A DNA stretch of 64,000 bases. Origin: Pelomyxa schiedti (Eukaryota > Protista > Evosea). A program made the position numbers and the translations under genes. The stretch spans positions 14,026-78,025 of the forward strand of contig JAHLWZ010000199.1 of assembly GCA_020536535.1 (NCBI GenBank). Reading direction: 5' to 3'. This document shows positions 1 to 10,866 of this stretch, piece after piece; within the stretch, counting starts at the first letter, position 1, and every line of letters begins with the position of its first letter. The notes below the pieces were generated by a model that saw only the letters and a program-made list of their open reading frames with translations, ran no database searches and was not told the origin of the DNA.

Positions 1-2201
1 AAAACAAAACGAAAGAAGAAGAAGAAAAAAAAAAAGAGTTTGCATAAGAAAACATAGCACCATAGAGGGCGAACCTACCAAATGTAAAGCCAATAGCTTA
101 GTGAGTGCCGAAGCTGCCTTATGGGACACATGGCTACCAGATGTGCTCTTGGATAGAAATTCAGTCAACTCCCGAGCAACCGTTTCCCACAATCCCGCCT
201 CAGTGCACGCCGAAGTGGGCGATGTTGACGTAGTTCCGTGGCGTGCATCGGAACATCCACACGAAAGGCACCTTATTAGTGCACAGATTAAATACAGCGA
301 GTGGAGAGTTTGGACTTTGTTCACGGGCGGGTCTCCAAGAGAGGGCAAGAACGAAACAAACAATCATTGTGTTTTCACCTGAATGCTGGTGCTGTAATTG
401 TGGGAGGAACACAGGGACACAGGCCACACAGCCACCGTTCCATCACCTCGCCAAGTCCAAAATGATAGAAACTCTCATCACCACCATTTGTTTGGCGAAA
501 AGGCGAAATTGGCCTGAGGAGATCTGTTAGATGTAGCCTCGGACAGTGATGGACTGATTCCGGAATGCTCTTTTTGGAATGGCATTAGGAACCAAAGTGA
601 AGGCGCGCAGTACGAACCTGTAGTTCAGGAGACTTTTGCCAACTTCAGCATTTACGCGGCTGGCGCGGCCAATGCATGACACAATTTGCTGGAGTATCTG
701 TTACTTGGGCTTAGTTCTGTTGAAGGATTTTTTTTTAGGGTGATACAATGATAGGAATGCAGGAAGCGGGACTCCTTGCACCACAGCGGGGATGTGTTGC
801 CATGAGAAATGCAAGGATTTGCGTGTCAGAAACAATCTCTTCATAAGGTCAGCCTCATGGAAAATAAACGGAAACCCGACTTGTGACAACGGGATGTCGC
901 AGGATATCACACATTTTCAGTCGCTCACTTGCTTTGACAACGATCAACTTGGTGACTAAGTCCACTTCTGCAGTCACAATTAGCAGAAAGCATTACTTAT
1001 CTGGCACCATCTGCGTTCAGCAAGTCTTCCTCAAACTGAAAGTCTGCTACGATTATCCGTCTGAATATTTCAGGCGTATCCTCCCCCCAAAAGGGAGGAT
1101 AACCACATTCCCTTTTTAAAAAGTTACATCATCATTTATCACCCCAGTAAGAGGTACAAAACGTAAAGTAAGGCTCCAAGGCACCAACTGAACTTTGGTT
1201 CTCTTTCATAAGCTTCTCCCATTAGGATTTCGGGGGGTACAAAGTCTTACAACTGTTAAGGGTAATTTTGAAATTGTGCCTACCTGGAGATGGGCAAACA
1301 GTTGCCAGATTACTCACATGATCAACTGGCTGACAAGTAGATAAAAATGAGATAACAGTGGAACCAGAGCGAGCACACAGTTAAGTCAGCAAATTTGACT
1401 CTGAACCCATCGCCTGGAACCTCAACAATCATAACCCTTTCAGGGACAAGAAGGAGATCCAGCCCTAAAGATATATACTATATGAATACTAATAAGCATC
1501 ACTCTATTGTTAATTTCTTGTACCCCTTGGCATAGTTGTTCAATCACTGACCCAACATCAAATCGTGTCCTCTGTTTTTCTCCTGCACAGAGAAATAAAT
1601 AACAAGTAATGTTCCAACGGCGAACCCATCCAAGTGAGTACATCGACTGCTCTATTAGGTATGTCGATAGTTGTAAACATAGGCAGACACATACCGTTCA
1701 GTGATGAGAATGAAGCGATCTGATGTCTCGTAAACATCATACAGTTTGAGTACATATTGACTCTCTTGGTTCTTTTTGTGTTACCACTCAGTTCTATTTG
1801 TAGAGCCCAGTGTGTTGAAGGGTCCATACTTTTTGCAACAGAGATATATTATCAATGAAGCTGCAATCAAGTCTGTTTAATGACACAACTCTCAGACAAA
1901 CATCTTTGGAAGTCTCAGCCTCCACTGCATTGTACAAAGTCCCCTCACAACAACTACTCCTCGATGTCAACCGCAGGGGGGAAGAAAAAAAAAATCTATG
2001 AAACACTTGCCACGGTGTCTCCACAATGTCGCAGAAACGGTTTCTGGCCACAGAGTCGAATTCCTTGTATCTCCTGGGTTTATGGCTCTACATACACAAG
2101 GTAAAAAAAGACCACAAAGCGAAGGAAGATATATATATATACGAAAGCAATACGGGCGGTGGTCGCTGGTACGGCTGTTTGTGGGTTGCGCGGTTGCCCA
2201 T
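1..2201 (-). CDS. CAMK-like pseudokinase, possibly N-myristoylated, followed by an HPRCG module and a helical C-terminal region; multi-exon, 3' end runs off the left edge
   Basis: ATG at 2201 gives MGNRAT. Spliced pieces follow kinase subdomain order: GTLYNAVEAETSKDVCLRVV, QYVLKLYDVYETSDRFILITE, LLLVPERVMI, VKFADL, PPEILMGEAY..WCLGALLYVL, CGYPPFWGEDTPEIFRRI, ILRHPVV. The window starts inside a polypyrimidine intron tract. Confidence 0.6.
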
Positions 2202-2369
2202 GGCTGGCCCTGAGCCAAGATTAAATATCAAAGGCGCTGCAACAATCAACAAGATCTTTTAGTCCCCAAGAAAGAACAACTCAATGACAGCCACAACACC
2301 AACGGTGGCCGAAATCAAACCGCCGAACTTTTTTCTTTTTTGTTTGAAAAGCGGTGGTTTGACTCATTA

Positions 2370-4415
2370 ATGTCACGGGTTCAAGGGCACCGATCGCGAG
2401 GTGGACGTGGGAGTGCACAGTACGACAATCCATTTATTATAGATCCTGTGGAACAAGCACGGAGAAAACGCGAGGTGGCTTTTTCAATCTCTCATGAGAC
2501 TTCTTGCAGGCAACACTTTTTTTAAAAAAAAACTGCATCTAGTTGGTGGAGAAGTCACGCACTGGAAAAGTGCACGAGAAGACAACAGCTGCATACCGTG
2601 AGGGAATTTCCAGGAGGGCCTTCTTGGAACTTGACGATGACACGGATTATGACACTCCTGAGGATGACGCCGCGGTGTCCACAACCAAACCAAGTGAGCG
2701 GGCTCGGTTGCATTTTTGTAGTAGTTGGTTGACCGACCTTGTGGCAGGAAATTCATCTGAAAATCCACCAAAGGAAAGGGAGCTTCTATCCCAACTGATA
2801 GAGAGGAAAAGGGAAACTTTTTTAAAGGAATACTCTATTGCTGTGCAAGTTAACCAAGGAGCTCTCTCTTTTATGAAAGCTCATTTTCTGTTAGCGTGAA
2901 GAGATACAAAAGATCGAAGAAGCCATGGCCGAACGTAAAAAAGACTTGATTTCTGCTGAGACACGACAGCAAATGGAAGCTTCTATGTTTGAACAGCAAT
3001 TGAATGACATCAGTACCAAAACTATTGACACTCTAGAAAGGCATGTTACCTCTCCCAGCAGTAAATTTCCTTATACAATGCACAGGGTGAAGGCCGAAAC
3101 TAAAATAAACTTGGAAAAAGAGGAGGCAATTCAAAATGCAACTGCTACGATAGCCTCGTTATCTGAGGAGATTAGCCACATTGATATCTCACTTGAAGAG
3201 GTTCGAAAATACAAGCAGTTTCTTGATGCAGCCGCTTCATTTGAAGAAACTTGTGCGCTAAAGGGAACTGCCAGCAAGGTAGAATTCTACCTTAGACAAA
3301 TTAATTGTCGTAATTGAATGCTAGGAGCCAACAAGCAAGTCTCCTCCTTTTCTCTCTATCTTTTGGGAGTGATGTATATATATTTCAAGGGATAGAAGTT
3401 TGGGAAGACCCAACACGCTTACTGAGGCTTTTCAGCCAGCTTGAAAAACAAAATATTTTGTTACTTGCTCAAAAGGAGGAGAGTGACCAACTTCTTGACC
3501 ATGCCACAGTAAAGAAGAAATATTTAGCAACTAAAACGTACATAGCCCATCCATCTCTTCAGTACAGAAGAATATTAAATCCCGGTAGGGACCACGAGCA
3601 GATGGAGTTGCAAAGGCAAATTGAAGAAATTCAACAAGCTGTTGATATAGAAAGAGTAAATGAGGCACAGCTGCTCGAAAGAGAGATGTATCTTAAACCT
3701 CCCAATTAAAAATTCCTGTGCTAATTTTATAATGCTAATAATGACACCAAGTCAACAGAATGATGCAAGTAACGTTCATGATCACGTTGAAGAAGTTATA
3801 CAACTTGAAGAAAAGATAAGTGAAATATTTCAGGACCTCACAGTAGAAACCTCAACAACCAAGCCTCTTAGTTCCATTGAGGTAATTAATAATTATCTCC
3901 AAGTTTCCAATTTTCAACAACATTCATTCAAACCAAGTAAGTGGTTTTAATTTCTTTCTTCAGATGATAACAGAAATTGAGATATGTGCAGACAAACTGC
4001 TCGCACAGCTCAATGCCCTTCCTGCTGACTATGTTCAAAAGGCTTTGAAAGTTGTCTCCTACCTACCTTTTCTGCTTTGGCTAAAACAATGAAAGGACAA
4101 AGTCAAAGACCGACGAAGAAGGCAACGAGACTCTAAACGAGAAATCGAGAAAACACACGCAGAAGAATTGAGGAGCAAAGTCTCCTCCGATCACACCACC
4201 CTCAAGTCCACAAGAAAAAGGGTACTTTCTCACACTCTATCCAAGCCTTCACTTTTGATGAGGTAAAACAGGATGGAAAACCAGCAATGTTCCGCTCAAC
4301 ACTATCTTTAAAAGCCAGTAGTGTCACAGCCAAACACCACACAAAGGAGGAAGAAGAGGACCTCTTGTACTTTGGTCTTGCACCACTTACTGACACAACC
4401 ACTCAACGCCTGTGA
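2370..4415 (+). CDS. CFAP100: Cilia- and flagella-associated protein 100 (CCDC37/MIA1-like, DUF4200 coiled coil), multi-exon
   Basis: Segments match the family as I recall it: DNPF, LIERKRETFLKEYSI, EASMFEQQL..ETKINLEKEEAI..KYKQFL, EDPTRLLRLFSQLEKQNILL, and C-terminal GKPAMFRS..EEEEDLLYF. TGA at 4413-4415. Confidence 0.8.
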
Positions 4416-4681
4416 TGATGACTGAAAAGAGCTAGCACCTTGTCTTTTCGGAGAAACACAACACAGAGGAGGAGGGTAACCTGGACAAGAAGAAGATATT
4501 GGATTTGTTGTGTCAGGTACGATATGATATGTGCAGTGCCACGTACGTGGTTGAAGCCAGATTAAAAAACAGTTTTAACTTGTGGATCTCTCTCACACCC
4601 CCTCCACGTCAGTCTTTATTTATTGCCTAGAATATGTGAGAAATAAACTTGATTCAGCAACCATTTGCCAAGCTTTACCAT

Positions 4682-4942
4682 TTATTTTCCCAGCACTTGG
4701 GGTGGTGCCATAAAAAAAAATGCACGATGTGATGCGCAGAAGCGAATTTGGGAGGGAAATGTTGTAGGAGTTGTTGAAGTGCACGGCAAGCCGAGAACAA
4801 ACGGGAGGGCAAAAAAAAAACTAATGGCCCCGCTCAGAATCGAACTGAGATCAAGAGAGCCAAAATCTCCCATACTAACCATTATACTACGGAGCCTGAA
4901 CATCTTGGTGCCTCTGGAACACAGAGTTGGTTCTGCTGCCAT
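4682..4942 (-). CDS. Short hypothetical ORF; 5' part duplicates the ORF at 44003-44503, then diverges (likely truncated copy)
   Basis: MAAEPTLCSRGTKMFRLRSIMVSMGDFGSLDLSSILSGAI is nearly identical to the 44003 ORF; similarity stops at about 4822. Confidence 0.35.
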   Translation of the reverse strand: MAAEPTLCSRGTKMFRLRSIMVSMGDFGSLDLSSILSGAISFFFALPFVLGLPCTSTTPTTFPSQIRFCASHRAFFFMAPPQVLGK

Positions 4943-5114
4943 GCTTTTTTCCAATAAGATCTTATGATGGATCACCCCTCACGAACACACTTTGGGGCTT
5001 GCATGAACTCGAGGAGTGTGTGTCTGTTGTGTTGTCGTTCCACGGCCATTCCAGTGTTCCACTTCGACGTGAACGGGTGGCTCTTTTCTCTCAAATCTCC
5101 ACAATCTGATTCAA

Positions 5115-7478
5115 TTGCCCGCAGTTGCGAATATTAGAAAAAGGCAAACACAGAAGCAAACACAGAAGCAAACACACCAAGCTCCGTCGTGCGAAACCGA
5201 CATGGAGCGCGAGTTGTCGGGTCTCCCGCCAGACATCCAGGCTCTGCTCATGGCCGCACCGTTCGGCCGAGACGCCCGCGGTGCTCCCCTCGCCACCCAG
5301 CCAAATAGGCCCAGGAGGGGCACCCGCGCGCACCAATCATCATCACCATCATCATCAGCCATCACCGCCGCCCCAACCACAACGACCACGGCCACGAGCT
5401 CCTCCGCCGCGTCGGGTTCATCATCATCATCATCAACTCCTGACCCAGACAACAACACCCCCGCAGCTGCTGCTTCGTCAGCATCATCCTCGTCCTCTTG
5501 TGCCACAACCACAACCACAACCACATCCACAACAAGCGCTTCTTTGGGGTCTCCTTCCCCGTCTGCTCCCCACCGCTCGTCCTCGTCCTCATCGTCGCCG
5601 AGACAACAACTATCCACCAAAACCCGCTCCTTTTCCTCTTCCTCTTCCTTGTCCTCCTCATCCACAGTCATCACCTCTTCCACCCCAAGTGCAGTGACAA
5701 AGAGCCAGCACAAGCCCAAGCCCAATCCCCCAAAACCCAAAAGGGGGAAAGTATCCGGCAAGGTGGAGCCACGCAAACCACTTGTTGCTGTTGGTCTCAC
5801 TCCAACCATCAGCACAATCACGCCTCCTGCTGCTCTTGCTGAAGGTGCACGAGTCGCCGAAACGGTAACGGAAACAAATGTGCCGAGCGTCACATCCTCT
5901 TCTTCAACAAAGCCAGAGGATCCAATTGGAACTCTCACCAACAATGCCTCTGAGGATAAATCCGCCGTTCCGTCTGACACCACAACAGCAGCCTCAGCCG
6001 ATAATAATGGTGCAGAGACAAGAATGACTTCCGCTTCCACAGGAGTGACAACGCTGGTGGGACACGTCACCACCACCAAGGTTCCTTCTGGAAACTTCCA
6101 AGTGACAACAAGCTCCGTGGAACTGCACATTGAGGGAATTTACTTGAGAGAGCAGATGGTGAGCCTCCTCGCGGGAACTCTTCCCAGGTGCGGAAGTGCA
6201 TCTGCCCTGCGATTTCTGACGCCCTCGTTGTTATATTCCGTCTTCATTTGGGCAAGGGCAACCGAGAAGAGGCTGGTCATCGTGCTCCGCACCAGCACCG
6301 GTCAAGGAACTCCTGAAGATCGAGCACTGAAGCTCGGACTCTGGCAGGATGCGGGTGTCATATCCTCGGAATTGGAAGTCAATCCCGTGTGGCGTTCTCC
6401 TGAAGAGCCCTGGTTGGTCACCTTCGCTGGAGAGGATCACTACGTCGTTCACCAGAAGAATGGCCCGGGAACCCCTTCCATTTTCAAGCTTCGCAACGTG
6501 CAAAGACCGGGTGACTCGAGGGTCTTGCTGGTGATCCCCACCCCTCCCCCTCGAGAATTTCACTGCAGAACAAACAGCCACTGGGTCCTTTATCACTATG
6601 GAGCTGAACCAGAATTTTACGTTGAGCCTGCCCTGCTTCCCCCCACACCACCACAAATTGGAAGTGCCTCCTCCTCTGCCTCCTCTTCCTCCTCCCTGTT
6701 GAAAGTTCAACAAGAAGAACTGGGCCTGTTGGAAGGGCACGTGATTTCCCTGGTCACTCTGAGCAAGAGGGAGCCCCACCTGGCGCTCCTTGTTTCCTGT
6801 AAGGTAAACGCGAATTCCACGCAGGCTGAGTGTGACATAATATTCTGGAATGTTAAGAAGTCAGTGGAGAGCAAGCGATTCCACTAGATCGAGAGGTGGC
6901 TGGTGACTGGGATGCAGCCCCGGGAAGGTGAGACCATTTCGAAGCCGTTTGTGATCAGGTCTGGTTCCTCTGATGATGACTGCAACCTGGGCGACGACGC
7001 AGTCGTGGTTGCCAAATCATTGATGGGCAGAGTACACGTCATCAAGAGGAAGAATCCATCAGCACCTCACCTCGTCCAAAGTGCCGGGTCTGAAGCCAGG
7101 AACTTGTTCCCAATTGGGAACGGAACCAAGTTCTGCATCACATACGACGGGAGATATGAAACACGAGACGTGAACATGCCGGAGAACGTGCTGATGACCG
7201 TCGACACCAGGGGGTTCATGTCGGTGCAATGGGAGACAGGCACCGGGCTCATGTTGGCCATGTCAGAAAAGAAGAAGAAGAAGGTGGTGGGGCCCACGGA
7301 GAGTGACGACAACAACAACAACTCGGACACCATCCAGCACATCGACGTGAGGAACATGGAGGACAACAGACCACTCTTCAGGGTGACCCTGATACAACGT
7401 TGGTACGCTGATACCTCCATCGTCAGGTGTTTATCTTTCAGTTCCCCGCACAACAACAACCACCACCACACCCCATAA
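5115..7478 (+). pseudogene. Intronless paralogue of the 817-aa ORF (S/T-rich N-terminus, HPRCG-type module, beta-rich C-terminus), interrupted by an in-frame TAG
   Basis: ORFs 5115-6887 and 6903-7478 are in the same frame. CAC-TAG-ATC at 6882-6890 corresponds to CAC-GAG-ATC (His-Glu-Ile) in the copy at 41381-43834. Confidence 0.75.
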
Positions 7479-7637
7479 CCCCAGAAACCAACAATTTCGC
7501 TTTTCTTTTCAAGAACAAACCTCGACCCATAAGTCTGGACGGAGCGAAATTTCGGTTCAAAAAGTCGGAGAACGGCACCACGAAAATTACGGAAAAACAC
7601 TCATTTCCAAGGCGTAATCACATTTCATTGATTAATC

Positions 7638-7880
7638 TCAAGCGAGCAGGGGGCGAAAGTAGCTCTCCTTGAACCGAAAACCAAAGGATACCCTGTGCGT
7701 GATGGAATAGGCGAATGGGATTCGATGCGCTCTAGTCCCTGACGTTGTCTGATGCCTAGGAGGCCAGATAGCCCACCCGGAGTAGGTCAACGTCGGCTCG
7801 GGCGAGAGCCTTGGTGAGCAAGAGTGGTAAGGATCTCCCAAAAGAACTTGAAGGGGGTGAACACCAGTGGAAATATTCTT
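7638..7880 (-). repeat. Copy 1 of a triplicated ~240-bp degenerate ORF fragment (FTPFKFFWEILTT...GFRFKESYFRPLLA); other copies at about 40060-40300 and 40965-41214
   Basis: The same peptide fragments appear in ORFs 7638-7994, 39895-40151 and 40900-41214, with different frameshifts. Confidence 0.75.
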
Positions 7881-8102
7881 TTTTTTCCCTGCCATCCATC
7901 CACTCGATTTGTCGAGTATTGACACTGTGGGCAGGCAGACGACATACTTCTTTTTCTTGGCCGTTGCCAGCAAAGTTGACACTGGCACACTCACTCACCC
8001 CGGCACCCATTTGAAAATAAAAAAATCAATGTTTTTTTTTCTTTCTTTTTTTCGAAAAAATCAGATTTTACAAGACAAGACAGACTCTTCTTGGGCTGGT
8101 GG

Positions 8103-10581
8103 TCAAGGATTGGATGTGTAGACCCTGACCAAATTGTCCCAGGAGGATGTGAAGAGTGTGTCACCAGAGGGGGGACTCAGAGACACACACGTAAGCCTGT
8201 TGGTGGCACTTGTATCTCGCCATGCCAACCTGCCGGTCAGGACTGACCACCCTATCAGCTCCCCAGAGTCGCAGGTTGAAAACAGACTGTGCCCGCTCGC
8301 TGAGAACGCAACGCTGGTGGTTCCGCACAACACAGATTCGTGTTTGAAAGCCGCGGCGGCGCGTGTCGAACGCCGGTCATACACACGGCAAATTGATTCA
8401 TCTGTGCATTTTGTGTGTGTGATTGTGTGTGTGTGTGGATGGAGAGTTAGTTGACGGCGACGGCGACGGCGACGGTGGTTACGAACGTGCAGAGGGGGGG
8501 GGAGAGGGGGAGAGGGGGAGAGGAGGAGGGGAGGAATTCAGCCACACAAACAACCTCCAGCGGATGCGTATAATGTTCCATTCCCGGAAACGCACACGGA
8601 ATTGATGTCGCAATCTGCATCGGACCACGTGATGACCGGATCTGGGTCCCGTATGTCATAAATTCGCGTTCTGGTATCACATGCTCCACTCACGAATTCA
8701 TTTGGGTTGCTGGGGCTAACGGCCACCGTCATCNNNNNNNNNNNNNNNNNNNNNNNNNNNNNNNNNNNNNNNNNNNNNNNNNNNNNNNNNNNNNNNNNNN
8801 NNNNNNNNNNNNNNNNNNNNNNNNNNNNNNNNNAAAAGAAGTATGTCGTCTGCCTGCCCACAGTGTCAATACTCGACAAATCGAGTGGATGGATGGCAGG
8901 GAAAAAAAAGAATATTTCCACTGGTGTTCACCCCCTTCAAGTTCTTTTGGGAGAGGGGGAGAGGAGGAGGGGAGGGAATTCAGCCACACAAACAACCTCC
9001 AGCGGATGCGTATAATGTTCCATTCCCGGAAACGCACACGGAATTGATGTCGCAATCTGCATCCGACCACGTGATGACCGGATCTGGGTCCCGTATGTCA
9101 TAAATTCGCGTTCTGGTATCACATGCTCCACTCACGAATTCATTTGGGTTGCTGGGGCTAACGGCCACCGTCATCACGTCGCCCTGTGTGTGGAATGGTG
9201 TGTGTTTTTAGACTGGCCACATAGACTTTTTTGGGGTTCCTACATTTGCACCTGTGAATTTAGTGATGGCGGTTCCCGTTTCCACATCCCACAGAATGCA
9301 ACTTAGGTCTCCGGAGCTGCTTAAAAGTCTCTCTGTGGTGTTCATAAATCGCACTGCAGACACATATCCATTGTGCCCATGAAATTCTTTGCACGGGGTA
9401 CTGCTTGCTGTCTTCCAGTCATACAAACTGACCGTGTCTAAAGCAATACACAGTTTGTCCATGGAGAAAGGGGGAAAAAAAAAAGACCAAGGAAAGAAAG
9501 TACTTACTATCAAGCCCACCACATCCAGCATACTTAAGGCATGGGGAAAGAACACTGGACATCATATAACTGGAGCGAAGAGGAATTCCTAAAAGAAGGG
9601 ACAGTTTATGTTTCCTGGAACTCCATTTCTACGTTGATGAGTGCTGTGGGGTTAATGGCACAAAACTAGTAACTCGTACCCATAGTGCCAGTCTCCCATC
9701 TTTTGAGTTGGTGACAATAGTACCGTCGTTGCCTGCATACATATTGTATATGTAACTCGCGTGGTACGTTCCTTGTGCACTCAAGTGCAGAGTATCATAA
9801 CATGGCTGGGGGATACTGGAGAGTGGAGTTGGGGTTGGCGGGGAACTCCCGAAGGTTGGGACAATAATAGACTGCAGTCTTGTAAAAAAGCTAGGTGGTT
9901 GCCGCTTTGGAGTGATCAGTGGGTCTTTATACAGTGGCTCCTTGCTAAGAATGCATAGCTCGCGGCCTGGCGCCCCATTGAAAATAGTGTACACCTATCC
10001 GACAGCAGAATGAATAAAGTAGAATGGAATGGAATGAACAAAAGGGGGTAGTAACTCACAAGTGTTTTCCACCTTTTGCACACCAGACAGCACACAACAG
10101 CAGGTCTCACCCTCAACTCATTTAGAGCCACACCCAGAATACGCAATGACACTTCAGCCCTTGCATCAGTACTTCCAGAAGGATCGGAACTGGAACCGTA
10201 ACCAGAATCAGAACCAGAATCCGCATACAATTCACAGCACTCCCTAGTTGGAGGACTCAAAGAGGTACTAGCATGAAATATGTCCAGGGCCAGTTCGAAA
10301 TAATCAACACTTCGCCCAGTCACAATTGGGTGAGGTTTAGAGGGCGTCGCCGCAGTGGCAGCAGTGCCCGGCTGCGTGGACGGCGACGGCGACGGCGACG
10401 ACGCGGAAGCACCATCACACACCGACGGCGATGATGGGATCCCCAACAGCCTGTCAATTGTCCCCGAAGCACCAAACACAAACCCAAAAACCACCAACAT
10501 GGGCTCGTCGGGCAAACATGCCACGGACATCAAGCCAGGCGCTGGTGCTCCCTTATTACTCCGTCTGGATGACGACGCCAT
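8103..10581 (-). CDS. F-box protein with a G-protein beta-subunit-type 7-bladed WD40 propeller; multi-exon, start may lie at 10694
   Basis: F-box halves LPDEPMLVVFGFV and VCCLVCKRWKTL. A phase-0 intron at 10059-9995 joins this to VYTIFNG...HASYIYNM..TNSKDGRLALW. Then follow Gbeta-diagnostic IPLRSSYMM..CGGLDN, GHNGYVSAVRF..SSSGDLSCILWD, GDVMTVAVS..FVSGACD, DINSV, CGTTSVAFSASG and TSSWDNLVRVY. An assembly gap lies inside the gene. Confidence 0.75.
8734..8833. other. 100-N scaffold gap with duplicated and inverted flanks
   Basis: Run of 100 N. About 8535-8733 is repeated at about 8975-9174, and 8834-8953 is the reverse complement of about 7836-7955. Confidence 0.95.
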
Positions 10582-10866
10582 AACGCCCAACGAATAGCCG
10601 GGGGAAAAAAAAACTACAAAAATGATGCCAAACATCACCTTCCCAGAACCCGGCCTCTGGTTGTCTGATGACGGAATACTATTTTCAAGCAGCATTGACT
10701 CCTCCGTTTGTGAACGTTGTTGGAAGCTCCACAACAAGTTTGGAAGAGAAAGAAAAAATTTTCATTTTTCTTGCTAATATGCACCCAAGTGCTGTGTGCA
10801 ACAAAAGGTTGTTTGGACCTCACATGGCACGAGATAAGAATCCAAAAGTGATTTGGTGGGTTGGTG

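Larger units (their letters stand above)
4822..9520. repeat. Inverted segmental duplication, copy A (partner about 38858-44123)
   Basis: The translated ORFs at 5115, 6903, 8103, 9208 and 4682 all have reverse-orientation near-identical counterparts at 41381, 39230, 38855 and 43913. Copies differ by substitutions and indels. Confidence 0.9.

Noticed and set aside
5111-6130. Long antisense and alternate-frame ORFs (also 42963-43868, 19368-20090, 54545-55378, 37005-37692)
   Set aside because: They are shadows of GC-rich or trinucleotide-repeat coding sequence on the other strand or frame, with no independent motifs.
6885-6887. Genome-wide stop-codon reassignment or pyrrolysine
   Set aside because: This is the only in-frame TAG seen, the paralogue has GAG, and other gene models end in TAG, TAA and TGA normally.
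8400-9200. Apparent tandem duplication of a WD40 exon plus an inverted 120-bp piece
   Set aside because: It abuts a 100-N gap, the copies are essentially identical and the junction sits in GGGAGA microhomology; best explained as an assembly or amplification artefact.
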